A stretch of DNA of 64,000 nucleotides from the NCBI RefSeq assembly GCF_009914755.1, contig NC_060928.1; one strand, 5' to 3'. Both the position numbers and the translations under genes were made by a program. Shown here in pieces: positions 51,701-64,000 of this stretch (positions within the stretch are counted from its first letter, which is position 1; each line of letters starts with the position of its first letter). Below the pieces are notes generated by a model, which searched no databases, was not told the DNA's origin, and was given only the letters and a program-made list of their open reading frames with translations. The stretch comes from the human T2T-CHM13v2.0 reference genome, Homo sapiens.

Positions 51701-54700
51701 TGCAGGTTTGAAACACTCTTTCTGTAGTATCTGGAAGTGGACATTTCAAGCGCTTTCAGGCCTACGGGGAGAAAGGAAATATCTTCAAATAAAAACTAGA
51801 CAGAAGGATTCTCAGAAACTTATTTGTGATGTGTGTCCTAAACGAACACAGTTGAACCTTTGTTTTGATACAGCATTTTGGAAACACTCCTTTTGTAGGA
51901 TCTGCAGGTGGATATTTGGATAGATTTTAAGATTTCGTTGGAAACGGGAGTTTCTTCATAGAAACTCAAGACAGATGCATTCTCAGAAACATCTCTGTGA
52001 TGTTTGCATTCCACTCATAGATTTGAAAACTTCCTTTCATAGAGCAGGTTTGAAACACTCTTTTTGTAATATTTGGAAGTGGACATTTGCAGCGCTTTGA
52101 GGCCTATGGTGAAAAAGGAAATATCTTCTCATAAAAACCAGAAACAAGCATTCTCGGAAACTTCTTTTTGATGTGTGTACTCAAGTAACAGAGTTGAACC
52201 TTCCTTTTGACACAGCAGTTTTGAAACAATCTTTTTGTAGAATCTGCAAGTGGATATTTGGATAGCTTTGAGGATTTCGTTGGAAACGGGATATCTTCAT
52301 ATAAAATCTAGACAGAAGCATTCTCAGAAACTTCTTTGTGCTGTATGTCCTCAATTAACAGAGTTGAACCATTGCTTGGATACAGCATTTTGGAAACATT
52401 CCTTGAGTAGAATCTGCAAGTTGATATTTAGATAGATTTGAAGATTTCGTTGGAAAAGGGAATATCTCCATATAAAATCTAGAGGGAAGCATTCTCAGAA
52501 ACTGCTTTGTGATGTTTCCATTCAAGTCACAGAGTTGAATATTCCCTTTTATAGAGCACGTTTGAAACACTCTTTCTGCACTATCTGGAAGTGGACATTT
52601 CGAGCGCTTTGAGGCCTATGGTGAAAAAGGAAATATCTTCCCATAAAAACTAGACAGAAGCATTCTCAGAAACTTGTTTGTGATGTGTGTATTCAACTAA
52701 CAGAGTTGAACTTTTGTTTTTACAGAGCCGTTTTAAAACACTCTTTTTGTGGAATCAGAAAGTGGATATTCGGATGGCTCTGAGGATTTCGTTGGAAGCG
52801 GGATTACATATAAAATCTAGAGAGAAGCATTCTCAGGAACTTCTTTGTGATGTTTGCATTGAAGTCACAGAATTGAACATTCACTTTGATAGAGCAGGTT
52901 TGAAACACTCATTCTGTAGTATCTGGAAGTGGACATTTCAAGCGCTTTCAGGCCTATGGTGAGAAAGGAAATATCTTCGAATAAAAACTAGACAGAAGCA
53001 TCCTCAGAAACTTATTTGTGATGTGTGTCCTCAACTAACAGAGTTGAAACTTTGTTTTGATACAGCATTTTGGAAACACTCTTTTTGTAGAATCTGCAGG
53101 TGGATATTTGGATAGCTTAGAGGGATTCGTTGGAAAGGGGATATCTTCATATAAAATCTAGACAGAAGCATTCTCAGAAACTTATTTGTGATGTGTGTCC
53201 TCAACTAACAGAGTTGAACCTTGGTTTTGATACAGCATTTTGGAAACACTCCTTTTGTAGAATCTGCAGGTGGATATGTGGATAGCTTTGAAGATTTCGT
53301 TGGAAACGGGAATTTCTTCATATAAAATCAAACAGAAGCATTCTCAGAAACTTCTCAGTGATGTTTGCATTCAGCTCATGGAGTTGAACACTTCCTTTCA
53401 TAGAGCCGGTTTGAAACACTCTTTCTGCACTACCTGGAAGAGGACATTTCGAGCGCTTTGAGTCCTATGGTGAAAAAGGAAATATCTTCTCATAGAAACC
53501 AGAAAGAAGCATTCTCAGAAACTTCTTTGTGTTGTGTGTACTCATGTAACAGTGTTGAACCATCCTTTTGACAGAGCAGTTTTGAAACACTCTTTTTGTA
53601 GAATCTGCAAGTGGATATTTGGATAGCTTTGAGGATTTCGTTGGAAACGGGATGACATATAGTATCTAGAGAGAAGCATTCTCAGGAACTTCTTTGTGAT
53701 GTTTGCATTCAAGTCACAGAATTGAACATTCCCTTTCATAGAGCAGGTTTGAAACACTCTTTCTCTAGTATCTGGAAGTGGGCATTTCAAGCGCTTTCAG
53801 GCCTATGGAGAGAAAGGAAATACCTTCAAATAAAAACTAGACAGAAGCATTCTCAGAAACTTATTTGTGATGTGTGTCCTCAACTAACAGAGTTGAACCT
53901 TTGTTTTGATACAGCATTTTGGAAACACTCCTTTTGTAGAATCTGCAGGTGGATATTTGGATAGCTTTGAAGATTTCGTTGGAAACCGGAATATCTTCAT
54001 ATAAAATCAAGACAGAAGCATTCTCGGAAACATCTCTGTGATGTTTGCATTCAACTCAGTAGAGTTGAACACTTCCTTTCATAGAGCAGGTTTGAAACAC
54101 TCTTTCTGCACTACCTGGAAGCGGACATTTCGAGCGCTTTGAGGCCTATGGTGAAAAAGGAAATATCTTCTCATAAAAACCAGAAAGAAGCATTCTCAGA
54201 AACTTCTTTGTGTTGTGTGTACTCAAGTAACAGTGTTGAACCTTCCTTTTGACAGAGCAGTTTTGAAACACTCTTTTGGTAGAATCTGCAAGTGGATATT
54301 TGGATAGCTTTGAGGATTTCGTTGGAAACGGGTTATCTTCATATAAAATCCAGACAGGAGCATTCTCAGAAACTTCTTTGTGCTGTATGTCCTCAATTCA
54401 CAGAGCTGAACCTTTGTTTGGATACAGCATTTTGGAAACATTCCTTTAGTAGAATCTGCAAGTTGATATTTAGATAGCTTTGAAGATTTCGTTGGAAACG
54501 GGAATATCTTCATGGAAAATCTAGACGGAAGCATTCTCAGAAACTGCTTTGTGATGTTTGCATTCAAGTCACAGAGTTGAATATTCCCTTTTATAGAGTA
54601 GGTTTGAAACACTCTTTCGGCACTACCTGGAAGTGGATATTTCGAGCTCTTTGAGGCCTATGGTTAAAAGGAAATATCTTCCCATAAAAACTAGACAGAA

Positions 54701-57700
54701 GCCGTCTCAGAAACTTGTTTGTGATGTGTGTATTCAACTACCAGAGTTGAACATTTCTGTTACAGAGCAATTTTAAAACACTCTTTTTGTGGAATCTGAA
54801 AGTGGATAATTGGATAGCTTTGTGGATTTCGTTGGAAACGGGATGACGTATAAAATCTAGAGAGAAGCATTCTCAGGAACTTCTTTCTGATGTTTGCATT
54901 CAAGTCACAGAATTGAACATTCCTTTTCATAGTGCAGGTTTGAAACACTCTTTCTGTAGTATCTGGAAGTGGACATTTCAAGCGCTTTCAGGCCTACGGG
55001 GAGAAAGGAAATATCTTCAAATAAAAACTAGACAGAAGGATTCTCAGAAACTTATTTGTGATGTGTGTCCTAAACGAACACAGTTGAACCTTTGTTTTGA
55101 TACAGCATTTTGGAAACACTCCTTTTGTAGGATCTGCAGGTGGATATTTGGATAGATTTTAAGATTTCGTTGGAAACGGGAGTTTCTTCATAGAAACTCA
55201 AGACAGATGCATTCTCAGAAACATCTCTGTGATGTTTGAATTCCACTCATAGAGTTGAAAACTTCCTTTCATAGAGCAGGTTTGAAACACTCTTTTTGTA
55301 ATATTTGGAAGTGGACATTTGCAGCGCTTTGAGGCCTATGGTGAAAAAGGAAATATCTTCTCATAAAAACCAGAAACAAGCATTCTCAGAAACTTCTTTT
55401 TGATGTGTGTACTCAAGTAACAGAGTTGAACCTTCCTTTTGACACAGCAGTTTTGAAACAATCTTTTTGTAGAATCTGCAAGTGGATATTTGGATAGCTT
55501 TGAGGATTTCGTTGGAAACGGGATATCTTCATATAAAATCTAGACAGAAGCATTCTCAGAAACTTCTTTGTGCTGTATGTCCTCAATTAACAGAGTTGAA
55601 CCATTGCTTGGATACAGCATTTTGGAAACATTCCTTGAGTAGAATCTGCAAGTTGATATTTAGATAGATTTGAAGATTTCGTTGGAAAAGGGAATATCTC
55701 CATATAAAATCTAGAGGGAAGCATTCTCAGAAACTGCTTTGTGATGTTTCCATTCAAGTCACAGAGTTGAATATTCCCTTTTATAGAGCACGTTTGAAAC
55801 ACTCTTTCTGCACTATCTGGAAGTGGATATTTCGAGCGCTTTGAGGCCTATGGTGAAAAAGGAAATATCTTCCCATAAAAACTAGACAGAAGCATTCTCA
55901 GAAACTTGTTTGTGATGTGTGTATTCAACTAACAGAGTTGAACTTTTGTTTTTACAGAGCCGTTTTAAAACACTCTTTTTGTGGAATCAGAAAGTGGATA
56001 TTCGGATGGCTCTGAGGATTTCGTTGGAAGCGGGATTACATATAAAATCTAGAGAGAAGCATTCTCAGGAACTTCTTTGTGATGTTTGCATTGAAGTCAC
56101 AGAATTGAACATTCACTTTGATAGAGCAGGTTTGAAACACTCATTCTGTAGTATCTGGAAGTGGACATTTCAAGCGCTTTCAGGCCTATGGTGAGAAAGG
56201 AAATATCTTCGAATAAAAACTAGACAGAAGCATCCTCAGAAACTTATTTGTGATGTGTGTCCTCAACTAACAGAGTTGAAACTTTGTTTTGATACAGCAT
56301 TTTGGAAACACTCTTTTTGTAGAATCTGCAGTTGGATATTTGGATAGCTTAGAGGGATTCGTTGGAAAGGGGATATCTTCATATAAAATCTAGACAGAAG
56401 CATTCTCAGAAACTTATTTGTGATGTGTGTCCTCAACTAACAGAGTTGAACCTTGGTTTTGATACAGCATTTTGGAAACACTCCTTTTGTAGAATCTGCA
56501 GGTGGATATGTGGATAGCTTTGAAGATTTCGTTGGAAACGGGAATTTCTTCATATAAAATCAAACAGAAGCATTCTCAGAAACTTCTCAGTGATGTTTGC
56601 ATTCAGCTCATGGAGTTGAACACTTCCTTTCATAGAGCCGGTTTGAAACACTCTTTCTGCACTACCTGGAAGAGGACATTTCGAGCGCTTTGAGTCCTAT
56701 GGTGAAAAAGGAAATATCTTCTCATAGAAACCAGAAAGAAGCATTCTCAGAAACTTCTTTGTGTTGTGTGTACTCATGTAACAGTGTTGAACCATCCTTT
56801 TGACAGAGCAGTTTTGAAACACTCTTTTTGTAGAATCTGCAAGTGGATATTTGGATAGCTTTGAGGATTTCGTTGGAAACGGGATGACATATAGTATCTA
56901 GAGAGAAGCATTCTCAGGAACTTCTTTGTGATGTTTGCATTCAAGTCACAGAATTGAACATTCCCTTTCATAGAGCAGGTTTGAAACACTCTTTCTCTAG
57001 TATCTGGAAGTGGGCATTTCAAGCGCTTTCAGGCCTATGGAGAGAAAGGAAATACCTTCAAATAAAAACTAGACAGAAGCATTCTCAGAAACTTATTTGT
57101 GATGTGTGTCCTCAACTAACAGAGTTGAACCTTTGTTTTGATACAGCATTTTGGAAACACTCCTTTGGTAGAATCTGCAGGTGGATATTTGGATAGCTTT
57201 GAAGATTTCGTTGGAAACCGGAATATCTTCATATAAAATCAAGACAGAAGCATTCTCGGAAACATCTCTGTGATGTTTGCATTCAACTCAGTAGAGTTGA
57301 ACACTTCCTTTCATAGAGCAGGTTTGAAACACTCTTTCTGCACTACCTGGAAGCGGACATTTCGAGCGCTTTGAGGCCTATGGTGAAAAAGGAAATATCT
57401 TCTCATAAAAACCAGAAAGAAGCATTCTCAGAAACTTCTTTGTGTTGTGTGTACTCAAGTAACAGTGTTGAACCTTCCTTTTGACAGAGCAGTTTTGAAA
57501 CACTCTTTTGGTAGAATCTGCAAGTGGATATTTGGATAGCTTTGAGGATTTCGTTGGAAACGGGTTATCTTCATATAAAATCCAGACAGGAGCATTCTCA
57601 GAAACTTCTTTGTGCTGTATGTCCTCAATTCACAGAGCTGAACCTTTGTTTGGATACAGCATTTTGGAAACATTCCTTTAGTAGAATCTGCAAGTTGATA

Positions 57701-60700
57701 TTTAGATAGCTTTGAAGATTTCGTTGGAAACGGGAATATCTTCATAGAAAATCTAGACGGAAGCATTCTCAGAAACTGCTTTGTGATGTTTGCATTCAAG
57801 TCACAGAGTTGAATATTCCCTTTTATAGAGTAGGTTTGAAACACTCTTTCGGCACTACCTGGAAGTGGATATTTCGAGCTCTTTGAGGCCTATGGTTAAA
57901 AGGAAATATCTTCCCATAAAAACTAGACAGAAGCCGTCTCAGAAACTTGTTTGTGATGTGTGTATTCAACTAACAGAGTTGAACATTTCTGTTACAGAGC
58001 AATTTTAAAACACTCTTTTTGTGGAATCTGAAAGTGGATAATTGGATAGCTTTGTGGATTTCGTTGGAAACGGGATGACGTATAAAATCTAGAGAGAAGC
58101 ATTCTCAGGAACTTCTTTCTGATGTTTGCATTCAAGTCACAGAATTGAACATTCCTTTTCATAGTGCAGGTTTGAAACACTCTTTCTGTAGTATCTGGAA
58201 GTGGACATTTCAAGCGCTTTCAGGCCTACGGGGAGAAAGGAAATATCTTCAAATAAAAACTAGACAGAAGGATTCTCAGAAACTTATTTGTGATGTGTGT
58301 CCTAAACGAACACAGTTGAACCTTTGTTTTGATACAGCATTTTGGAAACACTCCTTTTGTAGGATCTGCAGGTGGATATTTGGATAGATTTTAAGATTTC
58401 GTTGGAAACGGGAGTTTCTTCATAGAAACTCAAGACAGATGCATTCTCAGAAACATCTCTGTGATGTTTGCATTCCACTCATAGAGTTGAAAACTTCCTT
58501 TCATAGAGCAGGTTTGAAACACTCTTTTTGTAATATTTGGAAGTGGACATTTGCAGCGCTTTGAGGCCTATGGTGAAAAAGGAAATATCTTCTCATAAAA
58601 ACCAGAAACAAGCATTCTCAGAAACTTCTTTTTGATGTGTGTACTCAAGTAACAGAGTTGAACCTTCCTTTTGACACAGCAGTTTTGAAACAATCTTTTT
58701 GTAGAATCTGCAAGTGGATATTTGGATAGCTTTGAGGATTTCGTTGGAAACGGGATATCTTCATATAAAATCTAGACAGAAGCATTCTCAGAAACTTCTT
58801 TGTGCTGTATGTCCTCAATTAACAGAGTTGAACCATTGCTTGGATACAGCATTTTGGAAACATTCCTTGAGTAGAATCTGCAAGTTGATATTTAGATAGA
58901 TTTGAAGATTTCGTTGGAAAAGGGAATATCTCCATATAAAATCTAGAGGGAAGCATTCTCAGAAACTGCTTTGTGATGTTTCCATTCAAGTCACAGAGTT
59001 GAATATTCCCTTTTATAGAGCACGTTTGAAACACTCTTTCTGCACTATCTGGAAGTGGACATTTCGAGCGCTTTGAGGCCTATGGTGAAAAAGGAAATAT
59101 CTTCCCATAAAAACTAGACAGAAGCATTCTCAGAAACTTGTTTGTGATGTGTGTATTCAACTAACAGAGTTGAACTTTTGTTTTTACAGAGCCGTTTTAA
59201 AACACTCTTTTTGTGGAATCAGAAAGTGGATATTCGGATGGCTCTGAGGATTTCGTTGGAAGCGGGATTACATATAAAATCTAGAGAGAAGCATTCTCAG
59301 GAACTTCTTTGTGATGTTTGCATTGAAGTCACAGAATTGAACATTCACTTTGATAGAGCAGGTTTGAAACACTCATTCTGTAGTATCTGGAAGTGGACAT
59401 TTCAAGCGCTTTCAGGCCTATGGTGAGAAAGGAAATATCTTCGAATAAAAACTAGACAGAAGCATCCTCAGAAACTTATTTGTGATGTGTGTCCTCAACT
59501 AACAGAGTTGAAACTTTGTTTTGATACAGCATTTTGGAAACACTCTTTTTGTAGAATCTGCAGGTGGATATTTGGATAGCTTAGAGGGATTCGTTGGAAA
59601 GGGGATATCTTCATATAAAATCTAGACAGAAGCATTCTCAGAAACTTATTTGTGATGTGTGTCCTCAACTAACAGAGTTGAACCTTGGTTTTGATACAGC
59701 ATTTTGGAAACACTCCTTTTGTAGAATCTGCAGGTGGATATGTGGATAGCTTTGAAGATTTCGTTGGAAACGGGAATTTCTTCATATAAAATCAAACAGA
59801 AGCATTCTCAGAAACTTCTCAGTGATGTTTGCATTCAGCTCATGGAGTTGAACACTTCCTTTCATAGAGCCGGTTTGAAACACTCTTTCTGCACTACCTG
59901 GAAGAGGACATTTCGAGCGCTTTGAGTCCTATGGTGAAAAAGGAAATATCTTCTCATAGAAACCAGAAAGAAGCATTCTCAGAAACTTCTTTGTGTTGTG
60001 TGTACTCTTGTAACAGTGTTGAACCATCCTTTTGACAGAGCAGTTTTGAAACACTCTTTTTGTAGAATCTGCAAGTGGATATTTGGATAGCTTTGAGGAT
60101 TTCGTTGGAAACGGGATGACATATAGTATCTAGAGAGAAGCATTCTCAGGAACTTCTTTGTGATGTTTGCATTCAAGTCACAGAATTGAACATTCCCTTT
60201 CATAGAGCAGGTTTGAAACACTCTTTCTCTAGTATCTGGAAGTGGGCATTTCAAGCGCTTTCAGGCCTATGGAGAGAAAGGAAATACCTTCAAATAAAAA
60301 CTAGACAGAAGCATTCTCAGAAACTTATTTGTGATGTGTGTCCTCAACTAACAGAGTTGAACCTTTGTTTTGATACAGCATTTTGGAAACACTCCTTTTG
60401 TAGAATCTGCAGGTGGATATTTGGATAGCTTTGAAGATTTCGTTGGAAACCGGAATATCTTCATATAAAATCAAGACAGAAGCATTCTCGGAAACATCTC
60501 TGTGATGTTTGCATTCAACTCAGTAGAGTTGAACACTTCCTTTCATAGAGCAGGTTTGAAACACTCTTTCTGCACTACCTGGAAGCGGACATTTCGAGCG
60601 CTTTGAGGCCTATGGTGAAAAAGGAAATATCTTCTCATAAAAACCAGAAAGAAGCATTCTCAGAAACTTCTTTGTGTTGTGTGTACTCAAGTAACAGTGT

Positions 60701-63700
60701 TGAACCTTCCTTTTGACAGAGCAGTTTTGAAACACTCTTTTGGTAGAATCTGCAAGTGGATATTTGGATAGCTTTGAGGATTTCGTTGGAAACGGGTTAT
60801 CTTCATATAAAATCCAGACAGGAGCATTCTCAGAAACTTCTTTGTGCTGTATGTCCTCAATTCACAGAGCTGAACCTTTGTTTGGATACAGCATTTTGGA
60901 AACATTCCTTTAGTAGAATCTGCAAGTTGATATTTAGATAGCTTTGAAGATTTCGTTGGAAACGGGAATATCTTCATAGAAAATCTAGACGGAAGCATTC
61001 TCAGAAACTGCTTTGTGATGTTTGCATTCAAGTCACAGAGTTGAATATTCCCTTTTATAGAGTAGGTTTGAAACACTCTTTCGGCACTACCTGGAAGTGG
61101 ATATTTTGAGCTCTTTGAGGCCTATGGTTAAAAGGAAATATCTTCCCATAAAAACTAGACAGAAGCCGTCTCAGAAACTTGTTTGTGATGTGTGTATTCA
61201 ACTACAGGGTTGAACATTTCTGTTACAGAGCAATTTTAAAACACTCTTTTTGTGGAATCTGAAAGTGGATAATTGGATAGCTTTGTGGATTTCGTTGGAA
61301 ACGGGATGACGTATAAAATCTAGAGAGAAGCATTCTCAGGAACTTCTTTCTGATGTTTGCATTCAAGTCACAGAATTGAACATTCCTTTTCATAGTGCAG
61401 GTTTGAAACACTCTTTCTGTAGTATCTGGAAGTGGACATTTCAAGCGCTTTCAGGCCTACGGGGAGAAAGGAAATATCTTCAAATAAAAACTAGACAGAA
61501 GGATTCTCAGAAACTTATTTGTGATGTGTGTCCTAAACGAACACAGTTGAACCTTTGTTTTGATACAGCATTTTGGAAACACTCCTTTTGTAGGATCTGC
61601 AGGTGGATATTTGGATAGATTTTAAGATTTCGTTGGAAACGGGAGTTTCTTCATAGAAACTCAAGACAGATGCATTCTCAGAAACATCTCTGTGATGTTT
61701 GCATTCCACTCATAGAGTTGAAAACTTCCTTTCATAGAGCAGGTTTGAAACACTCTTTTTGTAATATTTGGAAGTGGACATTTGCAGCGCTTTGAGGCCT
61801 ATGGTGAAAAAGGAAATATCTTCTCATAAAAACCAGAAACAAGCATTCTCAGAAACTTCTTTTTGATGTGTGTACTCAAGTAACAGAGTTGAACCTTCCT
61901 TTTGACACAGCAGTTTTGAAACAATCTTTTTGTAGAATCTGCAAGTGGATATTTGGATAGCTTTGAGGATTTCGTTGGAAACGGGATATCTTCATATAAA
62001 ATCTAGACAGAAGCATTCTCAGAAACTTCTTTGTGCTGTATGTCCTCAATTAACAGAGTTGAACCATTGCTTGGATACAGCATTTTGGAAACATTCCTTG
62101 AGTAGAATCTGCAAGTTGATATTTAGATAGATTTGAAGATTTCGTTGGAAAAGGGAATATCTCCATATAAAATCTAGAGGGAAGCATTCTCAGAAACTGC
62201 TTTGTGATGTTTCCATTCAAGTCACAGAGTTGAATATTCCCTTTTATAGAGCACGTTTGAAACACTCTTTCTGCACTATCTGGAAGTGGATATTTCGAGC
62301 GCTTTGAGGCCTATGGTGAAAAAGGAAATATCTTCCCATAAAAACTAGACAGAAGCATTCTCAGAAACTTGTTTGTGATGTGTGTATTCAACTAACAGAG
62401 TTGAACTTTTGTTTTTACAGAGCCGTTTTAAAACACTCTTTTTGTGGAATCAGAAAGTGGATATTCGGATGGCTCTGAGGATTTCGTTGGAAGCGGGATT
62501 ACATATAAAATCTAGAGAGAAGCATTCTCAGGAACTTCTTTGTGATGTTTGCATTGAAGTCACAGAATTGAACATTCACTTTGATAGAGCAGGTTTGAAA
62601 CACTCATTCTGTAGTATCTGGAAGTGGACATTTCAAGCGCTTTCAGGCCTATGGTGAGAAAGGAAATATCTTCGAATAAAAACTAGACAGAAGCATCCTC
62701 AGAAACTTATTTGTGATGTGTGTCCTCAACTAACAGAGTTGAAACTTTGTTTTGATACAGCATTTTGGAAACACTCTTTTTGTAGAATCTGCAGTTGGAT
62801 ATTTGGATAGCTTAGAGGGATTCGTTGGAAAGGGGATATCTTCATATAAAATCTAGACAGAAGCATTCTCAGAAACTTATTTGTGATGTGTGTCCTCAAC
62901 TAACAGAGTTGAACCTTGGTTTTGATACAGCATTTTGGAAACACTCCTTTTGTAGAATCTGCAGGTGGATATGTGGATAGCTTTGAAGATTTCGTTGGAA
63001 ACGGGAATTTCTTCATATAAAATCAAACAGAAGCATTCTCAGAAACTTCTCAGTGATGTTTGCATTCAGCTCATGGAGTTGAACACTTCCTTTCATAGAG
63101 CCGGTTTGAAACACTCTTTCTGCACTACCTGGAAGAGGACATTTCGAGCGCTTTGAGTCCTATGGTGAAAAAGGAAATATCTTCTCATAGAAACCAGAAA
63201 GAAGCATTCTCAGAAACTTCTTTGTGTTGTGTGTACTCATGTAACAGTGTTGAACCATCCTTTTGACAGAGCAGTTTTGAAACACTCTTTTTGTAGAATC
63301 TGCAAGTGGATATTTGGATAGCTTTGAGGATTTCGTTGGAAACGGGATGACATATAGTATCTAGAGAGAAGCATTCTCAGGAACTTCTTTGTGATGTTTG
63401 CATTCAAGTCACAGAATTGAACATTCCCTTTCATAGAGCAGGTTTGAAACACTCTTTCTCTAGTATCTGGAAGTGGGCATTTCAAGCGCTTTCAGGCCTA
63501 TGGAGAGAAAGGAAATACCTTCAAATAAAAACTAGACAGAAGCATTCTCAGAAACTTATTTGTGATGTGTGTCCTCAACTAACAGAGTTGAACCTTTGTT
63601 TTGATACAGCATTTTGGAAACACTCCTTTTGTAGAATCTGCAGGTGGATATTTGGATAGCTTTGAAGATTTCGTTGGAAACCGGAATATCTTCATATAAA

Positions 63701-64000
63701 ATCAAGACAGAAGCATTCTCGGAAACATCTCTGTGATGTTTGCATTCAACTCAGTAGAGTTGAACACTTCCTTTCATAGAGCAGGTTTGAAACACTCTTT
63801 CTGCACTACCTGGAAGCGGACATTTCGAGCGCTTTGAGGCCTATGGTGAAAAAGGAAATATCTTCTCATAAAAACCAGAAAGAAGCATTCTCAGAAACTT
63901 CTTTGTGTTGTGTGTACTCAAGTAACAGTGTTGAACCTTCCTTTTGACACAGCAGTTTTGAAACACTCTTTTGGTAGAATCTGCAAGTGGATATTTGGAT
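45754..64000 (+). repeat. Run of 19-mer HORs (units 18-22: 3233, 3232, 3232, 3232, 3231 bp; unit 23 truncated by the window end)
   Basis: Anchor at 45785, 49018, 52250, 55482, 58714, 61945. A 1 bp insertion lies near 46981 and a 1 bp deletion near 61204. Confidence 0.96.

Larger units (their letters stand above)
1..64000 (+). repeat. Alpha satellite higher-order repeat array (centromeric), single orientation; most likely human chr4 D4Z1 / S2C4H1L
   Basis: The motif CATTCTCAGAAACTT...TGTGATGT recurs every ~170 bp throughout, with CENP-B boxes (TTTCGTTGGAAACGGGA) and pJalpha-type boxes. HOR periods of 2551 and 3232 bp come from ORF-track spacing. The alpha-satellite call is near certain. The chr4 assignment (about 0.85) rests on recalled 19-mer/3.2 kb and 15-mer/2.6 kb unit sizes. 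Confidence 0.99.

Noticed and set aside
32-63659. Numerous 60-129 aa ORFs on both strands
   Set aside because: They recur with the HOR period, overlap in opposite frames and are translations of alpha satellite. Many rely on GTG/TTG starts, and none has a recognisable domain. Used only as a ruler.
1-64000. CRISPR-like or other repeat-spacer array
   Set aside because: The sequence between conserved motifs is itself homologous monomer sequence. There are no unique spacers and no cas or other genes.
1-64000. Transposon insertion (L1/Alu), inversion or non-satellite island
   Set aside because: Every anchor-to-anchor distance is an integral number of monomers, CENP-B boxes stay on the same strand, and I saw no poly-A tail or foreign sequence.
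1-64000. A previously undescribed biological system
   Set aside because: Everything is explained by a known class of centromeric HOR array and its structural and SNP variation. Whether individual variants are undescribed needs a database comparison I cannot run.

Overview
The whole 64 kb window is one uninterrupted, head-to-tail array of primate alpha satellite (~170-171 bp monomers) organised into highly homogeneous higher-order repeats (HORs). I found no genes, RNA genes, transposons or inversions; the ORF track is an artefact of the repeat. Using the recurring anchor ORF (32, 2583, 5134 ...) as a ruler gives 22 complete HOR units plus one partial: 15,15,15,15,15,15,19,19,15,21,19,15,15,19,15,15,7,19,19,19,19,19,(19 partial) monomers. 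Unit lengths are 2551 bp (15-mer), 3232 bp (19-mer), 3574 bp (21-mer) and 1191 bp (7-mer). A CENP-B-box-rich 19-mer of ~3.2 kb with a ~2.6 kb 15-mer variant best fits, from recall and without a database search, the active human chromosome 4 centromeric array D4Z1 (S2C4H1L, suprachromosomal family 2). I see no new biological system. What is interesting is the record of array turnover: several distinct 15-mer junctions, single 7-mer and 21-mer variants, a ~6 kb block duplicated 17,690 bp away, and mosaic SNP sharing between HOR copies.
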